Assembly (NCBI RefSeq): GCF_009914755.1
Contig: NC_060947.1
DNA: 64,000 nt
Direction: 5' to 3' (one strand)
Source of the DNA: the human T2T-CHM13v2.0 reference genome, Homo sapiens
The position numbers and the translations under genes were made by a program. Each line of letters opens with the position of its first letter. Position 1 is the stretch's first letter. The notes below the pieces were generated by a model that ran no database searches, had not been told where the DNA came from, and worked only from the letters and a program-made list of their open reading frames with translations. This document shows positions 39,801-54,800 of this stretch, one piece after another.

Positions 39801-42800
39801 CCAACACAGTCCTCCAAGCCCGCTAAATAGCCACTTGCACATTGTAGAAAAAGTGTGTCAAAGCTGCGCTATCAAAGGGAAAGTTCAACTCTGTGAGGTG
39901 AATGCAAACATCCCAAAGAAGTTTCTGAGAGTGCTTCCGTTTAGCTTTTAGGTGAAGATTATCCCGTTTCCAACGAAACCTTCAAAGAGGTCCAAATATC
40001 CCCTTGCGGATCCCACAGAAAGAGTGTTTCGAAACTGCTGTTTCAAAAGGAATCTTCAACTCTGTGAGTTGAATGCAATCATCGCAAAGAAGTTTCTGAC
40101 AATGCTTCTCTCTCGTCTTTCTGTGAAGGTAAAGGAAAAGGCTTTCAGGCCTTTTCCACCACAGGCCTGAAAGCGCTCCAAATGTCCACTTGCAGATTCT
40201 GCCAAAAGAATATTTCAAAACTGCTCTATGAAACGCAATGTTAAACTCTGTGGCTCGAACACAAACATCACAAGGCGGTTTCTGAGAATGATTCAGTTTA
40301 GTTTTTCTGTGGAAATATTCCCGTTTCCAAAGAAATCTTCAAAGAGGTCCACGTATCCACTTACAGATTCTACAAAAAGACAGTTTCAAAACTGCTCCAT
40401 CAAAAGGAGGGTTCAACTGTGTGACTTGAATGCAATCATCACTCAGAAGTTTCTGAGAATGCTTCTCTTTAGTTTTTACGTGAACATATACCCGTTTCGA
40501 ACGAAGGCCACCCAGTGGTCCAAATATCCACTTGCAGATTCTACAGAAAGAGTGTTTCGAACATGAACTCTCAAAGGCAGGTTCATCTCTGCGAGTTAAA
40601 TGCATTCATCATGAAGAACTTTCTCAGAGTGTTTGTGTTTAGTTATGGGAAATTATTCCCGTTTCCAACGAAATCCTCAGAGAGCTCCAAATATCCACCT
40701 GCAGATTCTACCAAAAGTGGATTTGGAAACTGCTCCATCAAAAGGCATGTTCCGCTCTGTGAGTGAAACTCCATCATTACAAAGAATATTCTGAGAATGC
40801 TTCCGTTTGCCTTTTATATGAAGTTCCTTCCTATACGACCGTAGGCCTCAAAGCAGTCCAAATCTCCATTTGCAGATTCTACAAAAAGAGTGATTCCAAT
40901 CTGCTCTATCAATAGGATTGTTCAACTCCATGAGTTGAATGCCATCCTCACAAAGTCGTTTCTGAGAATGCTTCTATCTAGTTTTTATGTGAAGATATTT
41001 CCTTTTCCACCACAGGCCTCAAAGCCCTCCAAACGTCCACTTGCAGATTCTCGAAAAAGAGTGTTTCATAGCTGCTCTTTCAAAAGGAAAGTTCAACTCT
41101 GGGAGTTGAATACAAACATCACAAAGTAGTTTCCGAGAATGCTTCTGTTTAGTTTTTATGTGAAGATGATCCCGTTTCCAGTGAAATCTTCAAAGAGGTC
41201 CACATATCCCCTTGCAGATTCCAAAGAAAGAGGGTTTCAAAACTGCTCCATCAGAAGGATTGTTCAACTCTGTGAGTTGAATGCAGTCATCGCAGAAAAC
41301 TTTCTGAGAATGCTTCTGTCTAGGTTTGATGTGAAGATATAGACGTTTCAAACGAAGGCTACAAAGTGGTCAAAATATACACTTGCAGATTCTACTACAA
41401 GGGTGTTGCAAACCTGAACTATCAAAGGAAGGTTCAACTCTGTGAGTTGAATACAAACATCACAAAGAATGTTCTGAGTTTGCTTCCGTTCAGTTATGGG
41501 AAGTTGATCCCGTTTCCAACGAAATCCTCAGAGAGGTCCAAATATCCCCTTGCAGATACTACAAAACGTGTGTTTGGAAACTGCTCCATCATAACGAATG
41601 TTCAGCTCCCTGAGTTAAACTCCATCGTCACAAAGAATTTTCTGAGAGTGCTACCGTCTGGTTTTTATATGAAGCTCTTTCCTTCACTACCCCAGGCCTC
41701 AAAGCGGTCCAAATCTCCACTTGCAGATTCTACAAAAAGAGTGTTTGCAAACTGCTCTATCAAAAGGAATGTTCAACTCTGGGAGTTGAATGCAATCATC
41801 ACAGAGCAGTTTCTGAGAATGCTTCTATGTCGTTTTTAGGAGAAGATATTTCCTTTTCCAACACAGTCCTCCAAGCCCGCTAAATAGTCACTTGCACATT
41901 GTAGAAAAAGTGTGTCAAAGCTGCGCTATCAAAGGGAAAGTTCAACTCTGTGAGGTGAATGCAAACATCCCAAAGAAGTTTCTGAGAGTGCTTCCGTTTA
42001 GCTTTTAGGTGAAGATTATCCCGTTTCCAACGAAACCTTCAAAGAGGTCCAAATATCCCCTTGCGGATCCCACAGAAAGAGTGTTTCGAAACTGCTGTTT
42101 CAAAAGGAATCTTCAACTCTGTGAGTTGAATGCAATCATCGCAAAGAAGTTTCTGACAATGCTTCTCTCTCGTCTTTCTGTGAAGGTAAAGGAAAAGGCT
42201 TTCAGGACTTTTCCACCACAGGCCTGAAAGCGCTCCAAATGTCCACTTGCAGATTCTGCCAAAAGAATATTTCAAAACTGCTCTATGAAACGCAATGTTA
42301 AACTCTGTGGCTCGAACACAAACATCACAAGGCGGTTTCTGAGAATGATTCAGTTTAGTTTTTCTGTGGAAATATTCCCGTTTCCAAAGAAATCTTCAAA
42401 GAGGTCCACGTATCCACTTACAGATTCTACAAAAAGACAGTTTCAAAACTGCTCCATCAAAAGGAGGGTTCAACTGTGTGACTTGAATGCAATCATCACT
42501 CAGAAGTTTCTGAGAATGCTTCTCTTTAGTTTTTACGTGAACATATACCCGTTTCGAACGAAGGCCACCCAGTGGTCCAAATATCCACTTGCAGATTCTA
42601 CAGAAAGAGTGTTTCGAACATGAACTCTCAAAGGCAGGTTCATCTCTGCGAGTTAAATGCATTCATCATGAAGAACTTTCTCAGAGTGTTTGTGTTTAGT
42701 TATGGGAAATTATTCCCGTTTCCAACGAAATCCTCAGAGAGCTCCAAATATCCACCTGCAGATTCTACCAAAAGTGGATTTGGAAACTGCTCCATCAAAA

Positions 42801-45800
42801 GGCATGTTCCGCTCTGTGAGTGAAACTCCATCATAACAAAGAATATTCTGAGAATGCTTCCGTTTGCCTTTTATATGAAGTTCCTTCCTATACGACCGTA
42901 GGCCTCAAAGCAGTCCAAATCTCCATTTGCAGATTCTACAAAAAGAGTGATTCCAATCTGCTCTATCAATAGGATTGTTCAACTCCATGAGTTGAATGCC
43001 ATCCTCACAAAGTCGTTTCTGAGAATGCTTCTATCTAGTTTTTATGTGAAGATATTTCCTTTTCCAACACAGGCCTCAAAGCCCTCCAAACGTCCACTTG
43101 CAGATTCTCGAAAAAGAGTGTTTCATAGCTGCTCTTTCAAAAGGAAAGTTCAACTCTGGGAGTTGAATACAAACATCACAAAGTAGTTTCCGAGAATGCT
43201 TCTGTTTAGTTTTTATGTGAAGATGATCCCGTTTCCAGTGAAATCTTCAAAGAGGTCCACATATCCCCTTGCAGATTCCAAAGAAAGAGGGTTTCAAAAC
43301 TGCTCCATCAGAAGGATTGTTCAACTCTGTGAGTTGAATGCAGTCATCGCAGAAAACTTTCTGAGAATGCTTCTGTCTAGGTTTGATGTGAAGATATAGA
43401 CGTTTCAAACGAAGGCTACAAAGTGGTCAAAATATACACTTGCAGATTCTACTACAAGGGTGTTGCAAACCTGAACTATCAAAGGAAGGTTCAACTCTGT
43501 GAGTTGAATACAAACATCACAAAGAATGTTCTGAGTTTGCTTCCGTTCAGTTATGGGAAGTTGATCCCGTTTCCAACGAAATCCTCAGAGAGGTCCAAAT
43601 ATCCCCTTGCAGATTCTACAAAACGTGTGTTTGGAAACTGCTCCATCATAACGAATGTTCAGCTCCCTGAGTTAAACTCCATCGTCACAAAGAATTTTCT
43701 GAGAGTGCTACCGTCTGGTTTTTATATGAAGTTCTTTCCTTCACTACCACAGACCTCAAAGCGGTCCAAATCTCCACTTGCAGATTCTACAAAAAGAGTG
43801 TTTGCAAACTGCTCTATCAAAAGGAATGTTCAACTCTGGGAGTTGAATGCAATCATCACAGAGCAGTTTCTGAGAATGCTTCTATGTCGTTTTTAGGAGA
43901 AGATATTTCCTTTTCCAACACAGTCCTCCAAGCCCGCTAAATAGCCACTTGCACATTGTAGAAAAAGTGTGTCAAAGCTGCGCTATCAAAGGGAAAGTTC
44001 AACTCTGTGAGGTGAATGCAAACATCCCAAAGAAGTTTCTGAGAATGCTTCCGTTGAGCTTTTAGGTGAAGATTATCCCGTTTCCAACGAAACCTTCAAA
44101 GAGGTCCAAATATCCCCTTGCGGATCCCACAGAAAGAGTGTTTCGAAACTGCTGTTTCAAAAGGAATCTTCAACTCTGTGAGTTGAATGCAATCATCACA
44201 AAGAAGTTTCTGACAATGCTTCTCTCTCGTCTTTCTGTGAAGATAAAGGAAAAGGCTTTCAGGCCTTTTCCACCACAGGCCTGAAAGCGCTCCAAATGTC
44301 CACTTGCAGATTCTGCCAAAAGAATATTTCAAAACTGCTCTATGAAAAGCAATGTTAAACTCTGTGGCTCGAACACAAACATCACAAAGCGGTTTCTGAG
44401 AATGCTTCAGTTTAGTTTTTCTGTGGAAATATTCCCGTTTCCAAAGAAATCTTCAAAGAGGTCCACGTATCCACTTACAGATTCTACAAAAAGACAGTTT
44501 CAAAACTGCTCCATCAAAAGGAGGGTTCAACTGTGTGACTTGAATGCAATCATCACTCACAAGTTTCTGAGAATGCTTCTCTTTAGTTTTTACGTGAACA
44601 TATACCCGTTTCGAACGAAGGCCAGCCAGTGGTCCAAATATCCACTTGCAGATTCTACAGAAAGAGTGTTTCGAACCTGAACTCTCAAAGGCAGGTTCAT
44701 CTCTGCGAGTTAAATGCATTCATCATGAAGAACTTTCTCAGAGTGTTTGTGTTTAGTTATGGGAAATTATTCCCGTTTCCAACGAAATCCTCAGAGAGCT
44801 CCAAATATCCACCTGCAGATTCTACCAAAAGTGTATTTGGAAACTGCTCCATCAAAAGGCATGTTCAGCTCTGTGAGTGAAACTCCATCATCACAAAGAA
44901 TATTCTGAGAATGCTTCCGTTTGCCTTTTATATGAAGTTCCTTCCTATACGACCGTAGGCCTCAAAGCAGTCCAAATCTCCATTTGCAGATTCTACAAAA
45001 AGAGTGATTCCAATCTGCTCTATCAATAGGATTGTTCAACTCCATGAGTTGAATGCCATCCTCACAAAGTCGTTTCTGAGAATGCTTCTATCTAGTTTTT
45101 ATGTGAAGATATTTCCTTTTCCACCACAGGCCTCAAAGCCCTCCAAACGTCCACTTGCAGATTCTCGAAAAAGAGTGTTTCATAGCTGCTCTTTCAAAAG
45201 GAAAGTTCAACTCTGGGAGTTGAATACAAACATCACAAAGTAGTTTCCGAGAATGCTTCTGTTTAGTTTTTATGTGAAGATGATCCCGTTTCCAGTGAAA
45301 TCTTCAAAGAGGTCCACATATCCCCTTGCAGATTCCAAAGAAAGAGGGTTTCAAAACTGCTCCATCAGAAGGATTGTTCAACTCTGTGAGTTGAATGCAG
45401 TCATCGCAGAAAACTTTCTGAGAATGCTTCTGTCTAGATTTGATGTGAAGATATAGACGTTTCAAACGAAGGCTACAAAGTGGTCAAAATATACACTTGC
45501 AGATTCTACTACAAGGGTGTTGCAAACCTGAACTATCAAAGGAAGGTTCAACTCTGTGAGTTGAATACAAACATCACAAAGAATGTTCTGAGTTTGCTTC
45601 CGTTCAGTTATGGGAAGTTGATCCCGTTTCCAACGAAATCCTCAGAGAGGTCCAAATATCCCCTTGCAGATTCTACAAAACGTGTGTTTGGAAACTGCTC
45701 CATCATAACGAATGTTCAGCTCCCTGAGTTAAACTCCATCGTCACAAAGAATTTTCTGAGAGTGCTACCGTCTGGTTTTTATATGAAGTTCTTTCCTTCA

Positions 45801-48800
45801 CTACCACAGACCTCAAAGCGGTCCAAATCTCCACTTGCAGATTCTACAAAAAGAGTGTTTGCAAACTGCTCTATCAAAAGGAATGTTCAACTCTGGGAGT
45901 TGAATGCAATCATCACAGAGCAGTTTCTGAGAATGCTTCTATGTCGTTTTTAGGAGAAGATATTTCCTTTTCCAACACAGTCCTCCAAGCCCGCTAAATA
46001 TCCACTTGCACATTGTAGAAAAAGTGTGTCAAAGCTGCGCTATCAAAGGGAAAGTTCAACTCTGTGAGGTGAATGCAAACATCCCAAAGAAGTTTCTGAG
46101 AATGCTTCCGTTTAGCTTTTAGGTGAAGATTATCCCGTTTCCAACGAAACCTTCAAAGAGGTCCAAATATCCCCTTGCGGATCCCACAGAAAGAGTGTTT
46201 CGAAACTGCTGTTTCAAAAGGAATCTTCAACTCTGTGAGTTGAATGCAATCATCACAAAGAAGTTTCTGACAATGCTTCTCTCTCGTCTTTCTGTGAAGA
46301 TAAAGGAAAAGGCTTTCAGGCCTTTTCCACCACAGGCCTGAAAGCGCTCCAAATGTCCACTTGCAGATTCTGCCAAAAGAATATTTCAAAACTGCTCTAT
46401 GAAAAGCAATGTTAAACTCTGTGGCTCGAACACAAACATCACAAAGCGGTTTCTGAGAATGCTTCAGTTTAGTTTTTCTGTGGAAATATTCCCGTTTCCA
46501 AAGAAATCTTCAAAGAGGTCCACGTATCCACTTACAGATTCTACAAAAAGACAGTTTCAAAACTGCTCCATCAAAAGGAGGGTTCAACTGTGTGACTTGA
46601 ATGCAATCATCACTCAGAAGTTTCTGAGAATGCTTCTCTTTAGTTTTTACGTGAACATATACCCGTTTCGAACGAAGGCCAGCCAGTGGTCCAAATATCC
46701 ACTTGCAGATTCTACAGAAAGAGTGTTTCGAACCTGAACTCTCAAAGGCAGGTTCATCTCTGCGAGTTAAATGCATTCATCATGAAGAACTTTCTCAGAG
46801 TGTTTGTGTTTAGTTATGGGAAATTATTCCCGTTTCCAACGAAATCCTCAGAGAGCTCCAAATATCCACCTGCAGATTCTACCAAAAGTGTATTTGGAAA
46901 CTGCTCCATCAAAAGGCATGTTCAGCTCTGTGAGTGAAACTCCATCATCACAAAGAATATTCTGAGAATGCTTCCGTTTGCCTTTTATATGAAGTTCCTT
47001 CCTATACGACCGTAGGCCTCAAAGCAGTCCAAATCTCCATTTGCAGATTCTACAAAAAGAGTGATTCCAATCTGCTCTATCAATAGGATTGTTCAACTCC
47101 ATGAGTTGAATGCCATCCTCACAAAGTCGTTTCTGAGAATGCTTCTATCTAGTTTTTATGTGAAGATATTTCCTTTTCCACCACAGGCCTCAAAGCCCTC
47201 CAAACGTCCACTTGCAGATTCTCGAAAAAGAGTGTTTCATAGCTGCTCTTTCAAAAGGAAAGTTCAACTCTGGGAGTTGAATACAAACATCACAAAGTAG
47301 TTTCCGAGAATGCTTCTGTTTAGTTTTTATGTGAAGATGATCCCGTTTCCAGTGAAATCTTCAAAGAGGTCCACATATCCCCTTGCAGATTCCAAAGAAA
47401 GAGGGTTTCAAAACTGCTCCATCAGAAGGATTGTTCAACTCTGTGAGTTGAATGCAGTCATCGCAGAAAACTTTCTGAGAATGCTTCTGTCTAGGTTTGA
47501 TGTGAAGATATAGACGTTTCAAACGAAGGCTACAAAGTGGTCAAAATATACACTTGCAGATTCTACTACAAGGGTGTTGCAAACCTGAACTATCAAAGGA
47601 AGGTTCAACTCTGTGAGTTGAATACAAACATCACAAAGAATGTTCTGAGTTTGCTTCCGTTCAGTTATGGGAAGTTGATCCCGTTTCCAACGAAATCCTC
47701 AGAGAGGTCCAAATATCCCCTTGCAGATTCTACAAAACGTGTGTTTGGAAACTGCTCCATCATAACGAATGTTCAGCTCCCTGAGTTAAACTCCATCGTC
47801 ACAAAGAATTTTCTGAGAGTGCTACCGTCTGGTTTTTATATGAAGCTCTTTCCTTCACTACCACAGGCCTCAAAGCGGTCCAAATCTCCACTTGCAGATT
47901 CTACAAAAAGAGTGTTTGCAAACTGCTCTATCAAAAGGAATGTTCAACTCTGGGAGTTGAATGCAATCATCACAGAGCAGTTTCTGAGAATGCTTCTATG
48001 TCGTTTTTAGGAGAAGATATTTCCTTTTCCAACACAGTCCTCCAAGCCCGCTAAATAGCCACTTGCACATTGTAGAAAAAGTGTGTCAAAGCTGCGCTAT
48101 CAAAGGGAAAGTTCAACTCTGTGAGGTGAATGCAAACATCCCAAAGAAGTTTCTGAGAATGCTTCCGTTGAGCTTTTAGGTGAAGATTATCCCGTTTCCA
48201 ACGAAACCTTCAAAGAGGTCCAAATATCCCCTTGCGGATCCCACAGAAAGAGTGTTTCGAAACTGCTGTTTCAAAAGGAATCTTCAACTCTGTGAGTTGA
48301 ATGCAATCATCACAAAGAAGTTTCTGACAATGCTTCTCTCTCGTCTTTCTGTGAAGATAAAGGAAAAGGCTTTCAGGCCTTTTCCACCACAGGCCTGAAA
48401 GCGCTCCAAATGTCCACTTGCAGATTCTGCCAAAAGAATATTTCAAAACTGCTCTATGAAAAGCAATGTTAAACTCTGTGGCTCGAACACAAACATCACA
48501 AAGCAGTTTCTGAGAATGCTTCAGTTTAGTTTTTCTGTGGAAATATTCCCGTTTCCAAAGAAATCTTCAAAGAGGTCCACGTATCCACTTACAGATTCTA
48601 CAAAAAGACAGTTTCAAAACTGCTCCATCAAAAGGAGGGTTCAACTGTGTGACTTGAATGCAATCATCACTCAGAAGTTTCTGAGAATGCTTCTCTTTAG
48701 TTTTTACGTGAACATATACCCGTTTCGAACGAAGGCCAGCCAGTGGTCCAAATATCCACTTGCAGATTCTACAGAAAGAGTGTTTCGAACCTGAACTCTC

Positions 48801-51800
48801 AAAGGCAGGTTCATCTCTGCGAGTTAAATGCATTCATCATGAAGAACTTTCTCAGAGTGTTTGTGTTTAGTTATGGGAAATTATTCCCGTTTCCAACGAA
48901 ATCCTCAGAGAGCTCCAAATATCCACCTGCAGATTCTACCAAAAGTGTATTTGGAAACTGCTCCATCAAAAGGCATGTTCAGCTCTGTGAGTGAAACTCC
49001 ATCATCACAAAGAATATTCTGAGAATGCTTCCGTTTGCCTTTTATATGAAGTTCCTTCCTATACGACCGTAGGCCTCAAAGCAGTCCAAATCTCCATTTG
49101 CAGATTCTACAAAAAGAGTGATTCCAATCTGCTCTATCAATAGGATTGTTCAACTCCATGAGTTGAATGCCATCCTCACAAAGTCGTTTCTGAGAATGCT
49201 TCTATCTAGTTTTTATGTGAAGATATTTCCTTTTCCACCACAGGCCTCAAAGCCCTCCAAACGTCCACTTGCAGATTCTCGAAAAAGAGTGTTTCATAGC
49301 TGCTCTTTCAAAAGGAAAGTTCAACTCTGGGAGTTGAATACAAACATCACAAAGTAGTTTCCGAGAATGCTTCTGTTTAGTTTTTATGTGAAGATGATCC
49401 CGTTTCCAGTGAAATCTTCAAAGAGGTCCACATATCCCCTTGCAGATTCCAAAGAAAGAGGGTTTCAAAACTGCTCCATCAGAAGGATTGTTCAACTCTG
49501 TGAGTTGAATGCAGTCATCGCAGAAAACTTTCTGAGAATGCTTCTGTCTAGGTTTGATGTGAAGATATAGACGTTTCAAACGAAGGCTACAAAGTGGTCA
49601 AAATATACACTTGCAGATTCTACTACAAGGGTGTTGCAAACCTGAACTATCAAAGGAAGGTTCAACTCTGTGAGTTGAATACAAACATCACAAAGAATGT
49701 TCTGAGTTTGCTTCCGTTCAGTTATGGGAAGTTGATCCCGTTTCCAACGAAATCCTCAGAGAGGTCTAAATATCCCCTTGCAGATTCTACAAAACGTGTG
49801 TTTGGAAACTGCTCCATCATAACGAATGTTCAGCTCCCTGAGTTAAACTCCATCGTCACAAAGAATTTTCTGAGAGTGCTACCGTCTGGTTTTTATATGA
49901 AGTTCTTTCCTTCACTACCACAGGCCTCAAAGCGGTCCAAATCTCCACTTGCAGATTCTACAAAAAGAGTGTTTGCAAACTGCTCTATCAAAAGGAATGT
50001 TCAACTCTGGGAGTTGAATGCAATCATCACAGAGCAGTTTCTGAGAATGCTTCTATGTCGTTTTTAGGAGAAGATATTTCCTTTTCCAACACAGTCCTCC
50101 AAGCCCGCTAAATAGCCACTTGCACATTGTAGAAAAAGTGTGTCAAAGCTGCGCTATCAAAGGGAAAGTTCAACTCTGTGAGGTGAATGCAAACATCCCA
50201 AAGAAGTTTCTGAGAATGCTTCCGTTGAGCTTTTAGGTGAAGATTATCCCGTTTCCAACGAAACCTTCAAAGAGGTCCAAATATCCCCTTGCGGATCCCA
50301 CAGAAAGAGTGTTTCGAAACTGCTGTTTCAAAAGGAATCTTCAACTCTGTGAGTTGAATGCAATCATCACAAAGAAGTTTCTGACAATGCTTCTCTCTCG
50401 TCTTTCTGTGAAGATAAAGGAAAAGGCTTTCAGGCCTTTTCCACCACAGGCCTGAAAGCGCTCCAAATGTCCACTTGCAGATTCTGCCAAAAGAATATTT
50501 CAAAACTGCTCTATGAAAAGCAATGTTAAACTCTGTGACTCGAACACAAACATCACAAAGCGGTTTCTGAGAATGCTTCAGTTTAGTTTTTCTGTGGAAA
50601 TATTCCCGTTTCCAAAGAAATCTTCAAAGAGGTCCACGTATCCACTTACAGATTCTACAAAAAGACAGTTTCAAAACTGCTCCATCAAAAGGAGGGTTCA
50701 ACTGTGTGACTTGAATGCAATCATCACTCAGAAGTTTCTGAGAATGCTTCTCTTTAGTTTTTACGTGAACATATACCCGTTTCGAACGAAGGCCAGCCAG
50801 TGGTCCAAATATCCACTTGCAGATTCTACAGAAAGAGTGTTTCGAACCTGAACTCTCAAAGGCAGGTTCATCTCTGCGAGTTAAATGCATTCATCATGAA
50901 GAACTTTCTCAGAGTGTTTGTGTTTAGTTATGGGAAATTATTCCCGTTTCCAACGAAATCCTCAGAGAGCTCCAAATATCCACCTGCAGATTCTACCAAA
51001 AGTGTATTTGGAAACTGCTCCATCAAAAGGCGTGTTCAGCTCTGTGAGTGAAACTCCATCATCACAAAGAATATTCTGAGAATGCTTCCGTTTGCCTTTT
51101 ATATGAAGTTCCTTCCTATACGACCGTAGGCCTCAAAGCAGTCCAAATCTCCATTTGCAGATTCTACAAAAAGAGTGATTCCAATCTGCTCTATCAATAG
51201 GATTGTTCAACTCCATGAGTTGAATGCCATCCTCACAAAGTAGTTTCTGAGAATGCTTCTATCTAGTTTTTATGTGAAGATATTTCCTTTTCCACCACAG
51301 GCCTCAAAGCCCTCCAAACGTCCACTTGCAGATTCTCGAAAAAGAGTGTTTCATAGCTGCTCTTTCAAAAGGAAAGTTCAACTCTGGGAGTTGAATACAA
51401 ACATCACAAAGTAGTTTCCGAGAATGCTTCTGTTTAGTTTTTATGTGAAGATGATCCCGTTTCCAGTGAAATCTTCAAAGAGGTCCACATATCCCCTTGC
51501 AGATTCCAAAGAAAGAGGGTTTCAAAACTGCTCCATCAGAAGGATTGTTCAACTCTGTGAGTTGAATGCAGTCATCGCAGAAAACTTTCTGAGAATGCTT
51601 CTGTCTAGGTTTGATGTGAAGATATAGACGTTTCAAACGAAGGCTACAAAGTGGTCAAAATATACACTTGCAGATTCTACTACAAGGGTGTTGCAAACCT
51701 GAACTATCAAAGGAAGGTTCAACTCTGTGAGTTGAATACAAACATCACAAAGAATGTTCTGAGTTTGCTTCCGTTCAGTTATGGGAAGTTGATCCCGTTT

Positions 51801-54800
51801 CCAACGAAATCCTCAGAGAGGTCTAAATATCCCCTTGCAGATTCTACAAAACGTGTGTTTGGAAACTGCTCCATCATAACGAATGTTCAGCTCCCTGAGT
51901 TAAACTCCATCGTCACAAAGAATTTTCTGAGAGTGCTACCGTCTGGTTTTTATATGAAGTTCTTTCCTTCACTACCACAGGCCTCAAAGCGGTCCAAATC
52001 TCCACTTGCAGATTCTACAAAAAGAGTGTTTGCAAACTGCTCTATCAAAAGGAATGTTCAACTCTGGGAGTTGAATGCAATCATCACAGAGCAGTTTCTG
52101 AGAATGCTTCTATGTCGTTTTTAGGAGAAGATATTTCCTTTTCCAACACAGTCCTCCAAGCCCGCTAAATAGCCACTTGCACATTGTAGAAAAAGTGTGT
52201 CAAAGCTGCGCTATCAAAGGGAAAGTTCAACTCTGTGAGGTGAATGCAAACATCCCAAAGAAGTTTCTGAGAATGCTTCCGTTGAGCTTTTAGGTGAAGA
52301 TTATCCCGTTTCCAACGAAACCTTCAAAGAGGTCCAAATATCCCCTTGCGGATCCCACAGAAAGAGTGTTTCGAAACTGCTGTTTCAAAAGGAATCTTCA
52401 ACTCTGTGAGTTGAATGCAATCATCGCAAAGAAGTTTCTGACAATGCTTCTCTCTCGTCTTTCTGTGAAGGTAAAGGAAAAGGCTTTCAGGCCTTTTCCA
52501 CCACAGGCCTGAAAGCGCTCCAAATGTCCACTTGCAGATTCTGCCAAAAGAATATTTCAAAACTGCTCTATGAAAAGCAATGTTAAACTCTGTGGCTCGA
52601 ACACAAACATCACAAAGCGGTTTCTGAGAATGCTTCAGTTTAGTTTTTCTGTGGAAATATTCCCGTTTCCAAAGAAATCTTCAAAGAGGTCCACGTATCC
52701 ACTTACAGATTCTACAAAAAGACAGTTTCAAAACTGCTCCATCAAAAGGAGGGTTCAACTGTGTGACTTGAATGCAATCATCACTCAGAAGTTTCTGAGA
52801 ATGCTTCTCTTTAGTTTTTACGTGAACTTATACCCGTTTCGAACGAAGGCCAGCCAGTGGTCCAAATATCCACTTGCAGATTCTACAGAAAGAGTGTTTC
52901 GAACCTGAACTCTCAAAGACAGGTTCATCTCTGCGAGTTAAATGCATTCATCATGAAGAACTTTCTCAGAGTGTTTGTGTTTAGTTATGGGAAATTATTC
53001 CCGTTTCCAACGAAATCCTCAGAGAGCTCCAAATATCCACCTGCAGATTCTACCAAAAGTGTATTTGGAAACTGCTCCATCAAAAGGCATGTTCAGCTCT
53101 GTGAGTGAAACTCCATCATCACAAAGAATATTCTGAGAATGCTTCCGTTTGCCTTTTATATGAAGTTCCTTCCTATACGACCGTAGGCCTCAAAGCAGTC
53201 CAAATCTCCATTTGCAGATTCTACAAAAAGAGTGATTCCAATCTGCTCTATCAATAGGATTGTTCAACTCCATGAGTTGAATGCCATCCTCACAAAGTCG
53301 TTTCTGAGAATGCTTCTATCTAGTTTTTATGTGAAGATATTTCCTTTTCCACCACAGGCCTCAAAGCCCTCCAAACGTCCACTTGCAGATTCTCGAAAAA
53401 GAGTGTTTCATAGCTGCTCTTTCAAAAGGAAAGTTCAACTCTGGGAGTTGAATACAAACATCACAAAGTAGTTTCCGAGAATGCTTCTGTTTAGTTTTTA
53501 TGTGAAGATGATCCCGTTTCCAGTGAAATCTTCAAAGAGGTCCACATATCCCCTTGCAGATTCCAAAGAAAGAGGGTTTCAAAACTGCTCCATCAGAAGG
53601 ATTGTTCAACTCTGTGAGTTGAATGCTGTCATCGCAGAAAACTTTCTGAGAATGCTTCTGTCTAGGTTTGATGTGAAGATATAGACGTTTCAAACGAAGG
53701 CTACAAAGTGGTCAAAATATACACTTGCAGATTCTACTACAAGGGTGTTGCAAACCTGAACTATCAAAGGAAGGTTCAACTCTGTGAGTTGAATACAAAC
53801 ATCACAAAGAATGTTCTGAGTTTGCTTCCGTTCAGTTATGGGAAGTTGATCCCGTTTCCAACGAAATCCTCAGAGAGGTCCAAATATCCCCTTGCAGATT
53901 CTACAAAACGTGTGTTTGGAAACTGCTCCATCATAACGAATGTTCAGCTCCCTGAGTTAAACTCCATCGTCACAAAGAATTTTCTGAGAGTGCTACCGTC
54001 TGGTTTTTATATGAAGCTCTTTCCTTCACTACCACAGGCCTCAAAGCGGTCCAAATCTCCACTTCCAGATTCTACAAAAAGAGTGTTTGCAAACTGCTCT
54101 ATCAAAAGGAATGTTCAACTCTGGGAGTTGAATGCAATCATCACAGAGCAGTTTCTGAGAATGCTTCTATGTCGTTTTTAGGAGAAGATATTTCCTTTTC
54201 CAACACAGTCCTCCAAGCCCGCTAAATAGCCACTTGCACATTGTAGAAAAAGTGTGTCAAAGCTGCGCTATCAAAGGGAAAGTTCAACTCTGTGAGGTGA
54301 ATGCAAACATCCCAAAGAAGTTTCTGAGAATGCTTCCGTTTAGCTTTTAGGTGAAGATTATCCCGTTTCCAACGAAACCTTCAAAGAGGTCCAAATATCC
54401 CCTTGCGGATCCCACAGAAAGAGTGTTTCGAAACTGCTGTTTCAAAAGGAATCTTCAACTCTGTGAGTTGAATGCAATCATCGCAAAGAAGTTTCTGACA
54501 ATGCTTCTCTCTCGTCTTTCTGTGAAGATAAAGGAAAAGGCTTTCAGGCCTTTTCCACCACAGGCCTGAAAGCGCTCCAAATGTCCACTTGCAGATTCTG
54601 CGAAAAGAATATTTCAAATCTGCTCTATGAAAAGCAATGTTAAACTCTGTGGCTCGAACACAAACATCACAAAGCGGTTTCTGAGAATGCTTCAGTTTAG
54701 TTTTTCTGTGGAAATATTCCCGTTTCCAAAGAAATCTTCAAAGAGGTCCACGTATCCACTTACAGATTCTACAAAAAGACAGTTTCAAAACTGCTCCATC

